This document shows, in pieces, positions 8,548 to 18,484 of a DNA stretch of 64,000 nucleotides. Under the pieces are notes generated by a model. The model was not told the origin of the DNA, made no database searches, and saw nothing but the letters and a program-made list of their open reading frames with translations. The first letter of the stretch is position 1. Each line of letters starts with the position of its first letter. The position numbers and the translations under genes were made by a program. The stretch comes from Candidatus Latescibacterota bacterium (GTDB lineage Bacteria; Latescibacterota; UBA2968; UBA8231): assembly GCA_965221775.1 (NCBI GenBank), contig CBDCSU010000006.1:384001-448000 (forward strand), given 5' to 3'.

Positions 8548-9927
8548 TCAATGACCCACAGCCGCCGCGGCCTCCTTCACCACCTCCGACAGACTCGGAT
8601 GCGCATGCACCGTGCGCGCCAGGTCCTCGGCGCTGGCACCGAACTCCAACGCCACGACAGCCTCTGCGATCAGGTGCGAGGCCTGCGCCCCGAGGATGTG
8701 CACGCCGAGAAGGCGGTCACCATCGGCTTCGGCCACCACCTTCGCGAAGCCGTCGGGGGAGTTCATGGTGTGGGCCCGGGCGTTGGCGCGGAAGGAGTGG
8801 CGGCCGGTGCGCACCTCGTGGCCGGCTTCGCGGGCCTGCTCCTCGGTGAGGCCCACGGAGGCGGCCTCGGGGTGGGTGTAGACGACGTTGGGGATGGCCC
8901 CGTAGTTGACGCTCGATCCCATGCCGGCCATGCGCTCCACGGCGGCGACGCCCTCGGCCTCGGCCTTGTGCGCAAGCATCGGGCCGGGGGTGACGTCGCC
9001 GATGGCGTAGATCCCGTCGACGCTGGTGCGGTAGTCCTCGTCGACGGTGACGAATCCGGAGCGGTCGCGCTCGACGCCGGCCTCCTCCAGGCCGAGGCCA
9101 TCCGTGTGCGGCCGGCGGCCCACGGCCACGAGCACGCAGTCGCACTCGACGTCCGAGGCCTTCTGGTTCTTCCTGGACTCCAGGTGAAGGCGCACCCCGT
9201 CGGCGGAGAGTTCGGCCCCCGTGGCCCGCGTCGACAGGTGGCACTTCAGGCCCTGGCGCTTGAGGGTGCGCTCCAGCTGCCTGGAGACCTCGCCGTCGGC
9301 GCCGGGCAGCACGGCGTCCAGGTACTCCACCACCTCCACCTCGGCGCCGAGGCGGCTCCAGACCGAGCCCATCTCTAGGCCGATGGCGCCGCCGCCGATG
9401 ACCGCCATTCGCTCAGGGACGGCGTCGAGGGACAGGGCCTCCTCGGAGCCGAGGATGCGCTGCCCGTCGAAGGGCAGGTCGGGCAGCTCCGCCGGCGAGG
9501 AGCCGGTGGCCAGCAGCACCCGGGCGGCCTCGATCTCCCCGGCGCCCTCCACCGAGACCCGTCCGGCGGCGGCGAGACGGGCCTCGCCCTCGACGTACTC
9601 GACGCCCTTGCTCTTGAAGAGGGTGGCCACGCCCTTGGTCATGCGGCCGACGATGCCCTGCTTGTGCTTCATCATCGCCGCCAGGTCGAGGCGCAGATCG
9701 CCGGCGAGGATGCCGTGGTCGTCGAGGCCTTCCTTCAGCTCCGCCCAGCGGTGGCTGGCTTCCAGCAGGGCCTTGCTCGGGATGCAGCCGGCCTGCAGGC
9801 AGGTCCCGCCGAGCCAGCCGCGGTCGACGCAGACGACCTTCATGCCCAGGTCGGCGGCTCTCGCCGCCGCCGCGTAGCCGCCGGGGCCGGCGCCGATGAC
9901 GACGAGGTCGCAGGAGCGGCCGGCCAA
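8548..9927 (-). CDS. lpdA: Dihydrolipoyl dehydrogenase (E3)
   Basis: GAGPGGY, GGTCLQAGCIPSK redox disulfide, GGGAIGLE, HAHPSLSE. Confidence 0.96.
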   Translation of the reverse strand: MAGRSCDLVVIGAGPGGYAAAARAADLGMKVVCVDRGWLGGTCLQAGCIPSKALLEASHRWAELKEGLDDHGILAGDLRLDLAAMMKHKQGIVGRMTKGVATLFKSKGVEYVEGEARLAAAGRVSVEGAGEIEAARVLLATGSSPAELPDLPFDGQRILGSEEALSLDAVPERMAVIGGGAIGLEMGSVWSRLGAEVEVVEYLDAVLPGADGEVSRQLERTLKRQGLKCHLSTRATGAELSADGVRLHLESRKNQKASDVECDCVLVAVGRRPHTDGLGLEEAGVERDRSGFVTVDEDYRTSVDGIYAIGDVTPGPMLAHKAEAEGVAAVERMAGMGSSVNYGAIPNVVYTHPEAASVGLTEEQAREAGHEVRTGRHSFRANARAHTMNSPDGFAKVVAEADGDRLLGVHILGAQASHLIAEAVVALEFGASAEDLARTVHAHPSLSEVVKEAAAAVGH

Positions 9928-9929
9928 GG

Positions 9930-11360
9930 TCAGATCTCCAGGGCCAGGCGGGCCGGGTCTTCGAGAAGCTCCTTGACGCGCACCAGGAAGCGCACCGACT
10001 GCTCGCCGTCGACGAGGCGGTGGTCGTAGGTCAGGGCCAGGTACATCATCGGACGGACGGCGACCTGGCCGTCGACGGCGACGGGCCGGTCCTTGATGGC
10101 GTGCATGCCGAGGATGCCGGTCTGGGGCGGGGTCAGGATCGGCGTCGACATCATCGAGCCGAAGAGGCCGCCGTTGGTGATGGTGAAGGTCCCCCCCGAC
10201 AGGTCGTCGAGAGCGAGCCCTCCCTCCCGGGCGGCGGCGGCGAGGCGCTTGATCTCGGACTCGATGCCGGCCATGGAGAGGCTCTCGGCGCCGCGGACCA
10301 CGGGCACCAGGAGGCCGCGCTCGGTGGAGACGGCGATGCCGAGGTTGACGAACTCCTGGTAGACGATGTCGTCGCCGTCGATGCGGGCGTTGAGGGCGGG
10401 GATCTCGCGCAGGGCGACGACGGAGGCCCGCGAGAAGAAGGACATCAGTCCCAGTGAGACGCCGTGCTTTGCCTGGAAGCGCTCCTTGTGGCGCGCCCGC
10501 AGGGCCATCACCTCGGTCAGGTCGACCTCGTTGAAGGTGGTGAGCATGGCCGCCACCCGCTGCGCCTCGGTGAGCCTCTCGGCGATGCGCCTGCGGATGC
10601 GGGACATGGGCTCGCGGCGCTCGCCCGGGGCCTCGGCGGCCGGGGCGGGACTCGCTGGTGCGGGCGCGGGCGCCGGCGGCGGCGAGGGTTCTGCCTGCGC
10701 CGGGCGCGCGGGGGCGGCGTCGGGCGCGGCAGGGGCTGCGGGCGCCGGGGCCGCCGCGAGAGGCGCGGCTGCGGCATCGGGCGCCGTGGAGGGCTCAGGC
10801 GCCGAGTCGCTGGGTTCCTCGACCCTGGCGGGCTCCCCGTCCCCGTCGGCCCCCCGGCTCTTCAGGTAGTTCAGCACGTCCTGCTTGATCAGCCGTCCGC
10901 CGCGGCCGGTGCCCTCGATGCGCGACGGGTCGACGCCGCTCTCCTGCACCAGGCGGCGCACCGCCGGACTCAGGGCCGACCGCCCGGCGGCGGGCGCGGC
11001 CGGGGCCTCGGGCGCGGGATCAGCGGGCGCGGGTCGGGGCGGTTCCTGCGAGCGTGTCTCAGCCTCCGGGGCGGGCCCGACCTGCGCCTCGACGGACACC
11101 CCCGCTTCGGCGGCGGACGGCCTCTCCCCCGCCTCGATGCGGGCGATCACCTCTCCCACGGAGATCGCCGCGTCGACCTCCTTCAACGGATGCAACACCC
11201 CGGCCTCCAGCGCCGGCAGGTCGACGTTGGCCTTGTCCGTCTCGAGGATGCAGATCGGCTCGCCCTTCTCCACGTACTCGCCGCCGGCCTTGAGCCACTC
11301 CAGGAGCACGACCTCGCTGATCGATTCCCCCATCTCGGGCACGACGACCTCGAATGCCAT
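9930..11360 (-). CDS. sucB: 2-oxoglutarate dehydrogenase E2, dihydrolipoamide succinyltransferase
   Basis: Lipoyl ETDKA, E3-binding [26 protein letters not shown]. Confidence 0.95.
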   Translation of the reverse strand: MAFEVVVPEMGESISEVVLLEWLKAGGEYVEKGEPICILETDKANVDLPALEAGVLHPLKEVDAAISVGEVIARIEAGERPSAAEAGVSVEAQVGPAPEAETRSQEPPRPAPADPAPEAPAAPAAGRSALSPAVRRLVQESGVDPSRIEGTGRGGRLIKQDVLNYLKSRGADGDGEPARVEEPSDSAPEPSTAPDAAAAPLAAAPAPAAPAAPDAAPARPAQAEPSPPPAPAPAPASPAPAAEAPGERREPMSRIRRRIAERLTEAQRVAAMLTTFNEVDLTEVMALRARHKERFQAKHGVSLGLMSFFSRASVVALREIPALNARIDGDDIVYQEFVNLGIAVSTERGLLVPVVRGAESLSMAGIESEIKRLAAAAREGGLALDDLSGGTFTITNGGLFGSMMSTPILTPPQTGILGMHAIKDRPVAVDGQVAVRPMMYLALTYDHRLVDGEQSVRFLVRVKELLEDPARLALEI

Positions 11361-11369
11361 CACCGATCC

Positions 11370-14264
11370 TCAACTGCCGGCGTCGGCGCCCGCGGCCCTG
11401 CGGGCGGAGGGGGCCGCGTCGATGCGCAGCTCCTTGCCCGCCGGGTCGAGGGCCTGCTCGACGATCTCGTGTTGCTCGGTCTGGTGCTGGCCGGCGTCGC
11501 CCACGGCCGGGCTGGCGGCCTCGTCGCGGCCGACGTAGCCCAGCTCCGCCGACTCCGGGAGCAGCTCGTCGAGGAGTGGCTGCACGAAGTACCAGGCGCC
11601 CATGTTGAGGGCCTCCTCCTGCACCCACAGGAACTTCTCGGCCTTGGGGTAGCGGCCGATGGCCTCGGCCACCTCGGCCTCCGGGAAGGGGTAGAGCTGC
11701 TCGAGGCGCACCAGGGCGACCTCGTCGAGCCCCTTCTCGTCGCGCTCGGCGAGCAGGTCGTAGTAGATCTTGCCCGTGCACAGGATGAGGCGGCGGACGG
11801 AGCCGGGCTCGGCGCGGCCGTCGTCGATGACGTTGCGGAAGCCGCCGGAAGCGAGCTCGTCGATATCGGAGACGCAGCTCTTGTGGCGCAGCAGGCTCTT
11901 GGGGGTCATGACCACCAGGGGCTTGCGGAAGTTGCGGTGCATCTGCCGGCGCAGGACGTGGAAGATCTGCCCCGGCGTGGTGGGATGGACGACCTGCATG
12001 TTGTTCTTGGCGCACAGCTGCAGGTAGCGCTCCAGGCGGGCGCTGGAGTGCTCGGGCCCCATGCCCTCGTAGCCGTGGGGCAACAGCAGCACGAGGCCGC
12101 ACATGCGGTGCCACTTGGCCTCGGCGCTGGAGATGTACTGGTCGATGACGAGCTGGGCGCCGTTGGCGAAGTCGCCGAACTGGGCCTCCCACATGACCAG
12201 CCGCCGCGGGTCGGCGGAGCTGACGCCGTACTCGAAGCCGAGGACGGCGAGCTCGGAGAGCATCGTGTTGAGGGCGACGAACTCCCCCTGGCGCGGGGAC
12301 AGGTGCGCCAGGGGCACGTGCCGGGCGCCGGTCCCGGTGTCGTGCCAGACGGCGTGGCGGTGGGCGAAGGTGCCGCGCTGGGAGTCCTGCCCGGCGAGGC
12401 GCACGGGCACACCTTCGAGGAGCAGGCTGCCCCAGGCGAGCATCTCGGCGGCGCCCCAGTCGACGGGGCGCTCGCCGGCGGCCATCTCGCGGCGGGCGGC
12501 GTTGATCCGCGCCACCGTGCGGTGCACCTGGAAACCTTCGGGCACCCGGGCCGCCCGTTCGCCGATGCGCTGGAGGGTGCGGCGGCTGACGCCGGTCTCG
12601 GCATGCCAGTCGGGACCGGCCCAGGTCATGCCCTGCCAGATGCCGCCGAAGGTGTTGGTCCGCGGCTTCACCTTGAGGCGGCGGGCCTTCTCCTGGCAGC
12701 GCTCCATCGCCTCCTGCACGTGGACCCGCATCTCCTCCATCTCGCCGGCGGTGATCACGCCGGCCTCGATCAGCTGCCTGGCGTAGAGGACCGTCGCCGT
12801 GGGGTGGGCGGCGATCTTCTGGTACATGCGCGGCGAGGTGAGGGTGGGGTCGTCGGCGACGTTGTGACCGTGGCGGCGGTAGCACTTGAGGTCGATGAGG
12901 ACGTCGCGCTTGTACTCCTGGCGGAAGCCGATGGCCAGGCGCGCGGCGTGGACCACCTGCTCCGGGTCGTCGGCGTTGACGTGGAAGACCGGCGCCTCGA
13001 TCTGGCGGGCGATGTCGGTGGCGTAGCGGGTGAAGCGGGTCTCGCGGGGGGTGGCGGTGTAGCCCAGCTGGTTGTCGATGATGACGTGGATGGTGCCGCC
13101 GTTCCAGTAGCCCTCGAGCTGGGCGAGGTTGAGGGTCTCGGCCACCGTGCCCTGACCGGTGAAGGCGGCCTCCCCGTGGATCTGCAAAGGCACGACGCGG
13201 CCGCGCTCCTCCTGGTCCTGCAGGTAGTCCTGCTTGGCCAGCACCATGCCCTCGATGACCGGGTTCACCAGCTCCAGGTGGCTGGGGTTCGGGCTCAGGG
13301 AGAGGTGCATCTTGCGGCCGTGGGAGGTGACGAAGTCGTACGAGTAGCCCTGGTGGTACTTGACGTCGCCCTCGTCCTCGGCCCCCTCGGCCCGGGAGGC
13401 GCCCTCGAACTCGGCGAGGATCACCTCGTAGGGCTTGTGCAGGAGGTGGGCGAGGACGTTGAGCCGCCCGCGGTGGGCCATGCCGATGACCATCTCCTCG
13501 ACGCCGAGGCCGCTGCCGGTCTCCACGAGGGCGTCGAGGAGGGGGAGCAGGGCGTCGCCGCCCTCGATGGAGAACCGTTTCTGGCCCACGTAGCGGGTGT
13601 GCAGAAAGAGCTCGAACTCCTCCGCCTCGATCAGCAGGAAGAGGATGCGGCGGCGCTCTTCGGGGCTGAAGTCGAGGCGGCCGAGGATCGGCTCGACGCG
13701 CTCCTCGAGCCAGGCTTCCTGCTCCTTGTCGGAGGTCGACATGGTGTCGATGCCGAGGCTGCCGCAGTAGGTCCGGCGCAGCAGGCGGATCAGGCCGCCG
13801 AGGGTGCCGTCGGTCTCGTGGCCGAAGGTGCTGGCGCCGGCGCCTTTCTCCAGGTCCTCCTCGGTGAGGCCGAACTCGGAGAGCTCCAGCAGCGGATGGG
13901 AGGCCGGGTCCTGGCCGAGGGGGTCGAGGCGGGCCATGTAGTGGCCCCACTGGCGGTAGGCGCGCACCAGGGCGATGACGTCCCGGTCGCCGCGGTCCAG
14001 GTGGCCGGCTGGCCCGGCGACGGCCGGCGGCGGCGGGACGGGCTCGGGCGGCGGCGCGGCGGGCTCGGCTGTCCGGGCGGCGGGAGCCGCCGCCGAGGTG
14101 GAGCCCTCCCCTTCCTCCTCTTCCTCGGCGCGCAGATAGCCGTAGTCGAAGCCGCGGAAGAAGGCGACCCACTCGGGATCGACCGACGCGGGATCGGCCT
14201 GGTAGCGCTGGTAGAGGGCCTCGACGTAGTCGGCGTTCGAGCTGTTCAGATCGATGGGAGACAT
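11370..14264 (-). CDS. sucA: 2-oxoglutarate dehydrogenase E1
   Basis: NADYVEALYQRY..DP.SVDPEW, GQKRFSIEG, GMAHRGRLN, GDVKYH, NPSHLE, WEAQFGDFANGAQ, GPEHSSAR, QEEALNMGAW; start ATG 14264. Confidence 0.95.
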   Translation of the reverse strand: MSPIDLNSSNADYVEALYQRYQADPASVDPEWVAFFRGFDYGYLRAEEEEEGEGSTSAAAPAARTAEPAAPPPEPVPPPPAVAGPAGHLDRGDRDVIALVRAYRQWGHYMARLDPLGQDPASHPLLELSEFGLTEEDLEKGAGASTFGHETDGTLGGLIRLLRRTYCGSLGIDTMSTSDKEQEAWLEERVEPILGRLDFSPEERRRILFLLIEAEEFELFLHTRYVGQKRFSIEGGDALLPLLDALVETGSGLGVEEMVIGMAHRGRLNVLAHLLHKPYEVILAEFEGASRAEGAEDEGDVKYHQGYSYDFVTSHGRKMHLSLSPNPSHLELVNPVIEGMVLAKQDYLQDQEERGRVVPLQIHGEAAFTGQGTVAETLNLAQLEGYWNGGTIHVIIDNQLGYTATPRETRFTRYATDIARQIEAPVFHVNADDPEQVVHAARLAIGFRQEYKRDVLIDLKCYRRHGHNVADDPTLTSPRMYQKIAAHPTATVLYARQLIEAGVITAGEMEEMRVHVQEAMERCQEKARRLKVKPRTNTFGGIWQGMTWAGPDWHAETGVSRRTLQRIGERAARVPEGFQVHRTVARINAARREMAAGERPVDWGAAEMLAWGSLLLEGVPVRLAGQDSQRGTFAHRHAVWHDTGTGARHVPLAHLSPRQGEFVALNTMLSELAVLGFEYGVSSADPRRLVMWEAQFGDFANGAQLVIDQYISSAEAKWHRMCGLVLLLPHGYEGMGPEHSSARLERYLQLCAKNNMQVVHPTTPGQIFHVLRRQMHRNFRKPLVVMTPKSLLRHKSCVSDIDELASGGFRNVIDDGRAEPGSVRRLILCTGKIYYDLLAERDEKGLDEVALVRLEQLYPFPEAEVAEAIGRYPKAEKFLWVQEEALNMGAWYFVQPLLDELLPESAELGYVGRDEAASPAVGDAGQHQTEQHEIVEQALDPAGKELRIDAAPSARRAAGADAGS

Positions 14265-14323
14265 CGCTGCCGGAGGGCGCCGCCCGGGAGTGCGCGGTGA
14301 GCGTAACTGCAAGAAAGCACTGG

Positions 14324-14352
14324 AAGATACTGGCGCGCGGATATGGGGTAAA
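14324..14352 (-). promoter_or_regulatory. Candidate sigma70 promoter for sucA-sucB-lpdA
   Basis: Minus strand TTTACC-17 nt-TATCTT upstream of sucA. Confidence 0.4.
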
Positions 14353-14369
14353 GAGACCCATCCGGCGCC

Positions 14370-14398
14370 TTGAGCCGGTCTTCCGGCCCCCGTAGCTT
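14370..14398 (+). promoter_or_regulatory. Candidate sigma70 promoter for purL
   Basis: TTGAGC-17 nt-TAGCTT, 42 nt before the purL ATG. Confidence 0.4.
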
Positions 14399-14440
14399 CT
14401 GGGCTCGCCTCCCCGCCCCGCCTTCCTCCCGGGAACACGG

Positions 14441-17400
14441 ATGCCGCTGCAGCTCTTCGACGGCCCGCCGGCGTTGTCCCCCTTCCGGCGGGCGGCCCTG
14501 CTCGAACGCTGTCGGGAGAGCGCCCCCGGCGTACGCGCCCTCGACGCCCGCTTCCTCTACATGGCCTGGTTCGACGAGCCGCCGGCGGCCGGGGCCATCC
14601 GCCGCCTGGGCGAGGTCCTCGGCGCCGAGGAACGGCGCGACTCCCTCGATCTCTCGACCGACCTGTCGACCTCCTCCCTCCTCGTGACCCCGCGGCCGGG
14701 GACGATCTCGCCCTGGTCGAGCAAGGCCACCGACATCGCCGCCAACTGCGGCGCTGCCGTGGACCGCATCGAGCGCGGCACCCGCTACACCTTCGCGGGC
14801 GTCGGCGTCCCGGACCTCGACCCCCTGCTCCCGCTGCTGCACGACCGCATGACGGAAGCGGTGATCGACGCCCCGGAGAGCCTCTTCGCGCGCCACGAGC
14901 CCCGTCCCCTGCAGTCCGTCCCCCTCGGCCGCGACGGACACGCCGCCCTGGTCGAGGCCGACACCCGCTGGGGGCTGGCCCTCTCCGCCGAGGAAATCGA
15001 CTACCTGGCCGACACCTACCTCCGCCTCGGCCGCGATCCCACCGACGTCGAGCTGGTGATGTTCGCCAACGTCAACTCCGAGCACTGCCGGCACAAGATC
15101 TTCAACGCCGCGTGGATCGTCGACGGCCAGCGCCAGGAGCGCTCCCTCTTCGACATGATCCGCCACACCCACGCCCGCCACCCCGAGCACACGGTGAAGG
15201 CCTACTCCGACAACTCCGGGGTCATCGAGGGCTTTCCCGCCGAGGTCTTCCGGCCCGACGGCGACGGCTTCCGCTACCGCTACCACGCCCGGGACACCCA
15301 CATCCTCTGCAAGGTGGAGACCCACAACCACCCCACGGCGATCTCCCCCTGGCCCGGGGCCTCCACCGGCGTCGGCGGCGAGATCCGCGACGAGGGCGCC
15401 ACCGGCGCCGGGGCGCGCTCCCAGGCGGGGCTGTGCGCGTTCTATGTCTCCCACCTGCGCATCCCCGGCTGGGAGCAGCCCTGGGAGGCCCCCGTGGCCG
15501 AGCCTCCCGCGCGGCTGGCCTCGCCCCTGCAGATCATGACCGACGGCCCCCTCGGCGGCGCCGCCTTCGGCAACGAGTTCGGCCGGCCCAACGTCCTCGG
15601 CCTGTTCCGCACCTTCGAGCAGGTCGTCGACGGCCGCCACCGCGGCTACCACAAGCCGATCATGGTCGCCGGCGGCAGCGGCCTCATCGACGCCGACCAG
15701 GTGGAGAAGGCCGCTCCCGAGGCCGGCGACGCGGTGGTGCAGATCGGCGGCCCGGCCCTGCTCATCGGCCTCGGCGGCAGCTACGCCTCCTCCATGGACA
15801 CGGGGAGCAACCTCGAGGAGCTGGACTTCGCCTCGGTGCAGCGCGACAACCCCGAGATGCAGCGCCGCTGCCAGGAGCTGATCGACCGCTGCGCCGCCCT
15901 CGGACCGGAGAACCCCATCCGCTCCATCCACGACGTCGGCGCCGGCGGCCTGTCCAACGCCTGCCCGGAGCTGGTGGAGGGCGCCGGGGCCGCCTTCGAC
16001 CTGCGCGCCATCCCCAACGACGAGCCGGGCATGAGCCCCATGGAGCTGTGGAGCAACGAGGCCCAGGAGCGCTACGTCCTCGTCGTCGGCGCCGCCCGCC
16101 TGGAGCGCTTCCGCGAGATCGCCGGCCGCGAGCGCTGCCCCATCGCCGTCATCGGGCGGGTCACCGGCGACGGCCGCCTCACCCTGGAGGACCCGCTCTT
16201 CGGCAACCGCCCCGTGGACGGCCTGCCCCTGGAGGCCCTCCTCGGCAAGCCCCCGCGCATGGTGCGCGACGTCAGCCGGCGGCCCGGGGGCGGCGGCGGC
16301 TTCGCCCTCGACGACATCGACCTGGCCGAGGCGGCGGAACGCGTGCTGCGCTTCCCGGCGGTGGCGGCCAAGAGCTTCCTCATCTCCATCGCCGACCGCA
16401 CCGTGGGCGGCTGCATCGCCCGCGACCAGATGGTCGGCCGCTGGCAGGTGCCGGTCTCGGACTGCGCCGCCACCCTCACCGGGTTCCGCGGCCACACGGG
16501 CGCCGTCATGGCCATGGGCGAGCGCACCCCGGTGGCCGTGGTGGACGGTCCGGCGGCGGCGCGGCTGGCCGTGGCCGAGGCGGTGACCAACCTCGCCGCC
16601 ACGCCGGTGGGCGCCATAGAGAAGGTGAAGCTGTCGGCCAACTGGATGTGCGCCTGCGGCGAGGAGGGGGAGGACGCCGCCCTCTTCGACACGGTGCGCG
16701 CCGTGGGCCTGGAGTTCGGCCCCGCCCTCGGCGTGTCGATCCCCGTGGGCAAGGACAGCCTCTCCATGCGCGCCGTGTGGAGCGACAGCGGCGGCGAGGA
16801 GCACACCGTGGCCGCGCCCCTGAGCCTGGTGGTCTCCGCCTTCGCGCCGGTCACCGACGTGCGCGGCATCGTCACCCCGGAGCTGAAGCCGCAGGCAGAG
16901 ACGCGGCTGCTCCTCGTCGACCTCGGGCGCGGCCGCGACCGCCTCGGCGGATCCTGCCTGGCTCAGACGTTCGGCCGCCTCGGCGAGGAGGTCCCCGACG
17001 TGGAGCCCGCCGACGTGCGCGGACTCTTCGCCGCCCTGCAGGCGCTGCTGGCCGAGGGCCTGCTGCTGGCCTGCCACGACCGCTCCGACGGCGGCCTCTT
17101 CGCCTGCGCCGCGGAGATGGCCTTCGCCGGGAGGCGGGGGGTGCGCCTGCGCCTGGCCGAGGGGGCGGAGCCGCTGGCGGCGCTGTTCAGCGAGGAGATC
17201 GGCGTCCTGCTCCAGGTTCGCGCCGCCCACGCGGACCGCGTGCGGGAGGAGTTCGCCGCCCATGGAGTCGGCGAGTGCGTGCGCGACATCGGATCCCCGG
17301 TCGAGGCCGACACCTTCGAGGTCTGCCTGGGCGCCGGTGAAACCCCTGTCTACCGCGAGGACCTGGGCGCCCTGGAGCAGGCCTGGGCCGAACTGAGCTA

Positions 17401-18484
17401 CCGCATGGCGGAGCAGCGCGACGACCCGGACTGCGCCCGCGAGGAGTTCGAGGCGATCGCCGACCGCGCCGACCCCGGGCTCACCTGCCGCGTCCCCTTC
17501 GAGTTCGGGGCCCCAGGCCACGCGCGGGAGAAGCCCGGGAGCACCGGCGACACCGGCGGCCCCGGGAGGACGCGCGGCGTCCCCTTCGAGTTTGGCGCCC
17601 CAGTCGGCGCGCGCGAGAAACTGCGAGGCGCGGGGGGCCCCGGCGACACCAGCCGGACGGGCGGCGTCCCTCTGGAGTCCGGCGCCCCGGCCGTCGTCGA
17701 GGCCCGGCCCCCCGTGGCCATCCTGCGCGAGCAGGGCGTCAACGGCCAGGTGGAGATGGCCGCCGCCTTCGACGCCGCCGGCTGCCGCTCGGTGGACGTG
17801 ACCATGACCGACCTGCTCGCCGGCCGCGCCGACCTGGCCGACTTCGCGGGCTTGGCCGCCTGCGGCGGATTCAGCTACGGCGATGTCCTCGGCGCCGGCG
17901 CCGGCTGGGCGCGCACCATCCTCTTCCACGACGGCCTGCGCCGCATGTTCGAGGCCTTCTTCGCCCGCGGCGAGACCTTCGCCCTCGGGGTCTGCAACGG
18001 CTGCCAGATGCTCTCCCTCCTCCGCGAGCTGATCCCCGGCGCCGAGGGCTGGCCGCGCTTCACCCACAACCGCTCCGGCCAGTTCGAGGCGCGGCTGTCG
18101 TCGGTGGAGATCCTGCCCTCGACGTCGGTGCTGCTGCGCGGCATGGAGGGCGCCCGCCTGCCGGTGCCCGTGGCCCACGGCGAGGGCCGCGCCGAGTTCG
18201 ACGACCCCGCCGACCTGGGGCGCCTGGCCGCCGGGAGCCGCGTCAGCGCCCGATTCGTCGACGGCCGCGGGGCCGCGGCCTCCGCCTATCCGGCCAACCC
18301 GAACGGCTCGCCGGAAGGGGTCACCGCCCTGTCCAGCGCCGACGGCCGGGTGACGATCATGATGCCCCACCCCGAGCGCGTCTTCCGCGTCGTGCAGCTG
18401 AGCTGGCGCCCGCCCGAGTGGGAGGACCGCGAGTTCAGCCCCTGGCTCAGGATGTTCGAAAACGCAAAGGAGTTCGCCACATGA
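14441..18484 (+). CDS. purL: Phosphoribosylformylglycinamidine synthase (large single-chain form)
   Basis: PRPGTISPWSSKATDI, NSEHCRHKIFN, KVETHNHPT, HDVGAGG, GKDSLSM, GVCNGCQM, MMPHPER. Confidence 0.97.
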   Translation: MPLQLFDGPPALSPFRRAALLERCRESAPGVRALDARFLYMAWFDEPPAAGAIRRLGEVLGAEERRDSLDLSTDLSTSSLLVTPRPGTISPWSSKATDIAANCGAAVDRIERGTRYTFAGVGVPDLDPLLPLLHDRMTEAVIDAPESLFARHEPRPLQSVPLGRDGHAALVEADTRWGLALSAEEIDYLADTYLRLGRDPTDVELVMFANVNSEHCRHKIFNAAWIVDGQRQERSLFDMIRHTHARHPEHTVKAYSDNSGVIEGFPAEVFRPDGDGFRYRYHARDTHILCKVETHNHPTAISPWPGASTGVGGEIRDEGATGAGARSQAGLCAFYVSHLRIPGWEQPWEAPVAEPPARLASPLQIMTDGPLGGAAFGNEFGRPNVLGLFRTFEQVVDGRHRGYHKPIMVAGGSGLIDADQVEKAAPEAGDAVVQIGGPALLIGLGGSYASSMDTGSNLEELDFASVQRDNPEMQRRCQELIDRCAALGPENPIRSIHDVGAGGLSNACPELVEGAGAAFDLRAIPNDEPGMSPMELWSNEAQERYVLVVGAARLERFREIAGRERCPIAVIGRVTGDGRLTLEDPLFGNRPVDGLPLEALLGKPPRMVRDVSRRPGGGGGFALDDIDLAEAAERVLRFPAVAAKSFLISIADRTVGGCIARDQMVGRWQVPVSDCAATLTGFRGHTGAVMAMGERTPVAVVDGPAAARLAVAEAVTNLAATPVGAIEKVKLSANWMCACGEEGEDAALFDTVRAVGLEFGPALGVSIPVGKDSLSMRAVWSDSGGEEHTVAAPLSLVVSAFAPVTDVRGIVTPELKPQAETRLLLVDLGRGRDRLGGSCLAQTFGRLGEEVPDVEPADVRGLFAALQALLAEGLLLACHDRSDGGLFACAAEMAFAGRRGVRLRLAEGAEPLAALFSEEIGVLLQVRAAHADRVREEFAAHGVGECVRDIGSPVEADTFEVCLGAGETPVYREDLGALEQAWAELSYRMAEQRDDPDCAREEFEAIADRADPGLTCRVPFEFGAPGHAREKPGSTGDTGGPGRTRGVPFEFGAPVGAREKLRGAGGPGDTSRTGGVPLESGAPAVVEARPPVAILREQGVNGQVEMAAAFDAAGCRSVDVTMTDLLAGRADLADFAGLAACGGFSYGDVLGAGAGWARTILFHDGLRRMFEAFFARGETFALGVCNGCQMLSLLRELIPGAEGWPRFTHNRSGQFEARLSSVEILPSTSVLLRGMEGARLPVPVAHGEGRAEFDDPADLGRLAAGSRVSARFVDGRGAAASAYPANPNGSPEGVTALSSADGRVTIMMPHPERVFRVVQLSWRPPEWEDREFSPWLRMFENAKEFAT
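17491..17690 (+). repeat. In-frame 87-bp tandem repeat (about 2.3 units) inside purL
   Basis: cgtccccttcgag at 17491 and 17578, cgtccctctggag at 17665; VPFEFGAP / VPFEFGAP / VPLESGAP. Confidence 0.85.

Noticed and set aside
10620-10860. Pro/Ala-rich low-complexity stretch in sucB
   Set aside because: Normal flexible linker of E2 subunits.
10464-18370. Very long antisense ORFs (10464..14300 +, 14246..18370 -; likewise 26207..30391 -, 30975..34250 +)
   Set aside because: Shadow frames of real high-GC genes; no recognisable motifs and typical antisense amino-acid composition.
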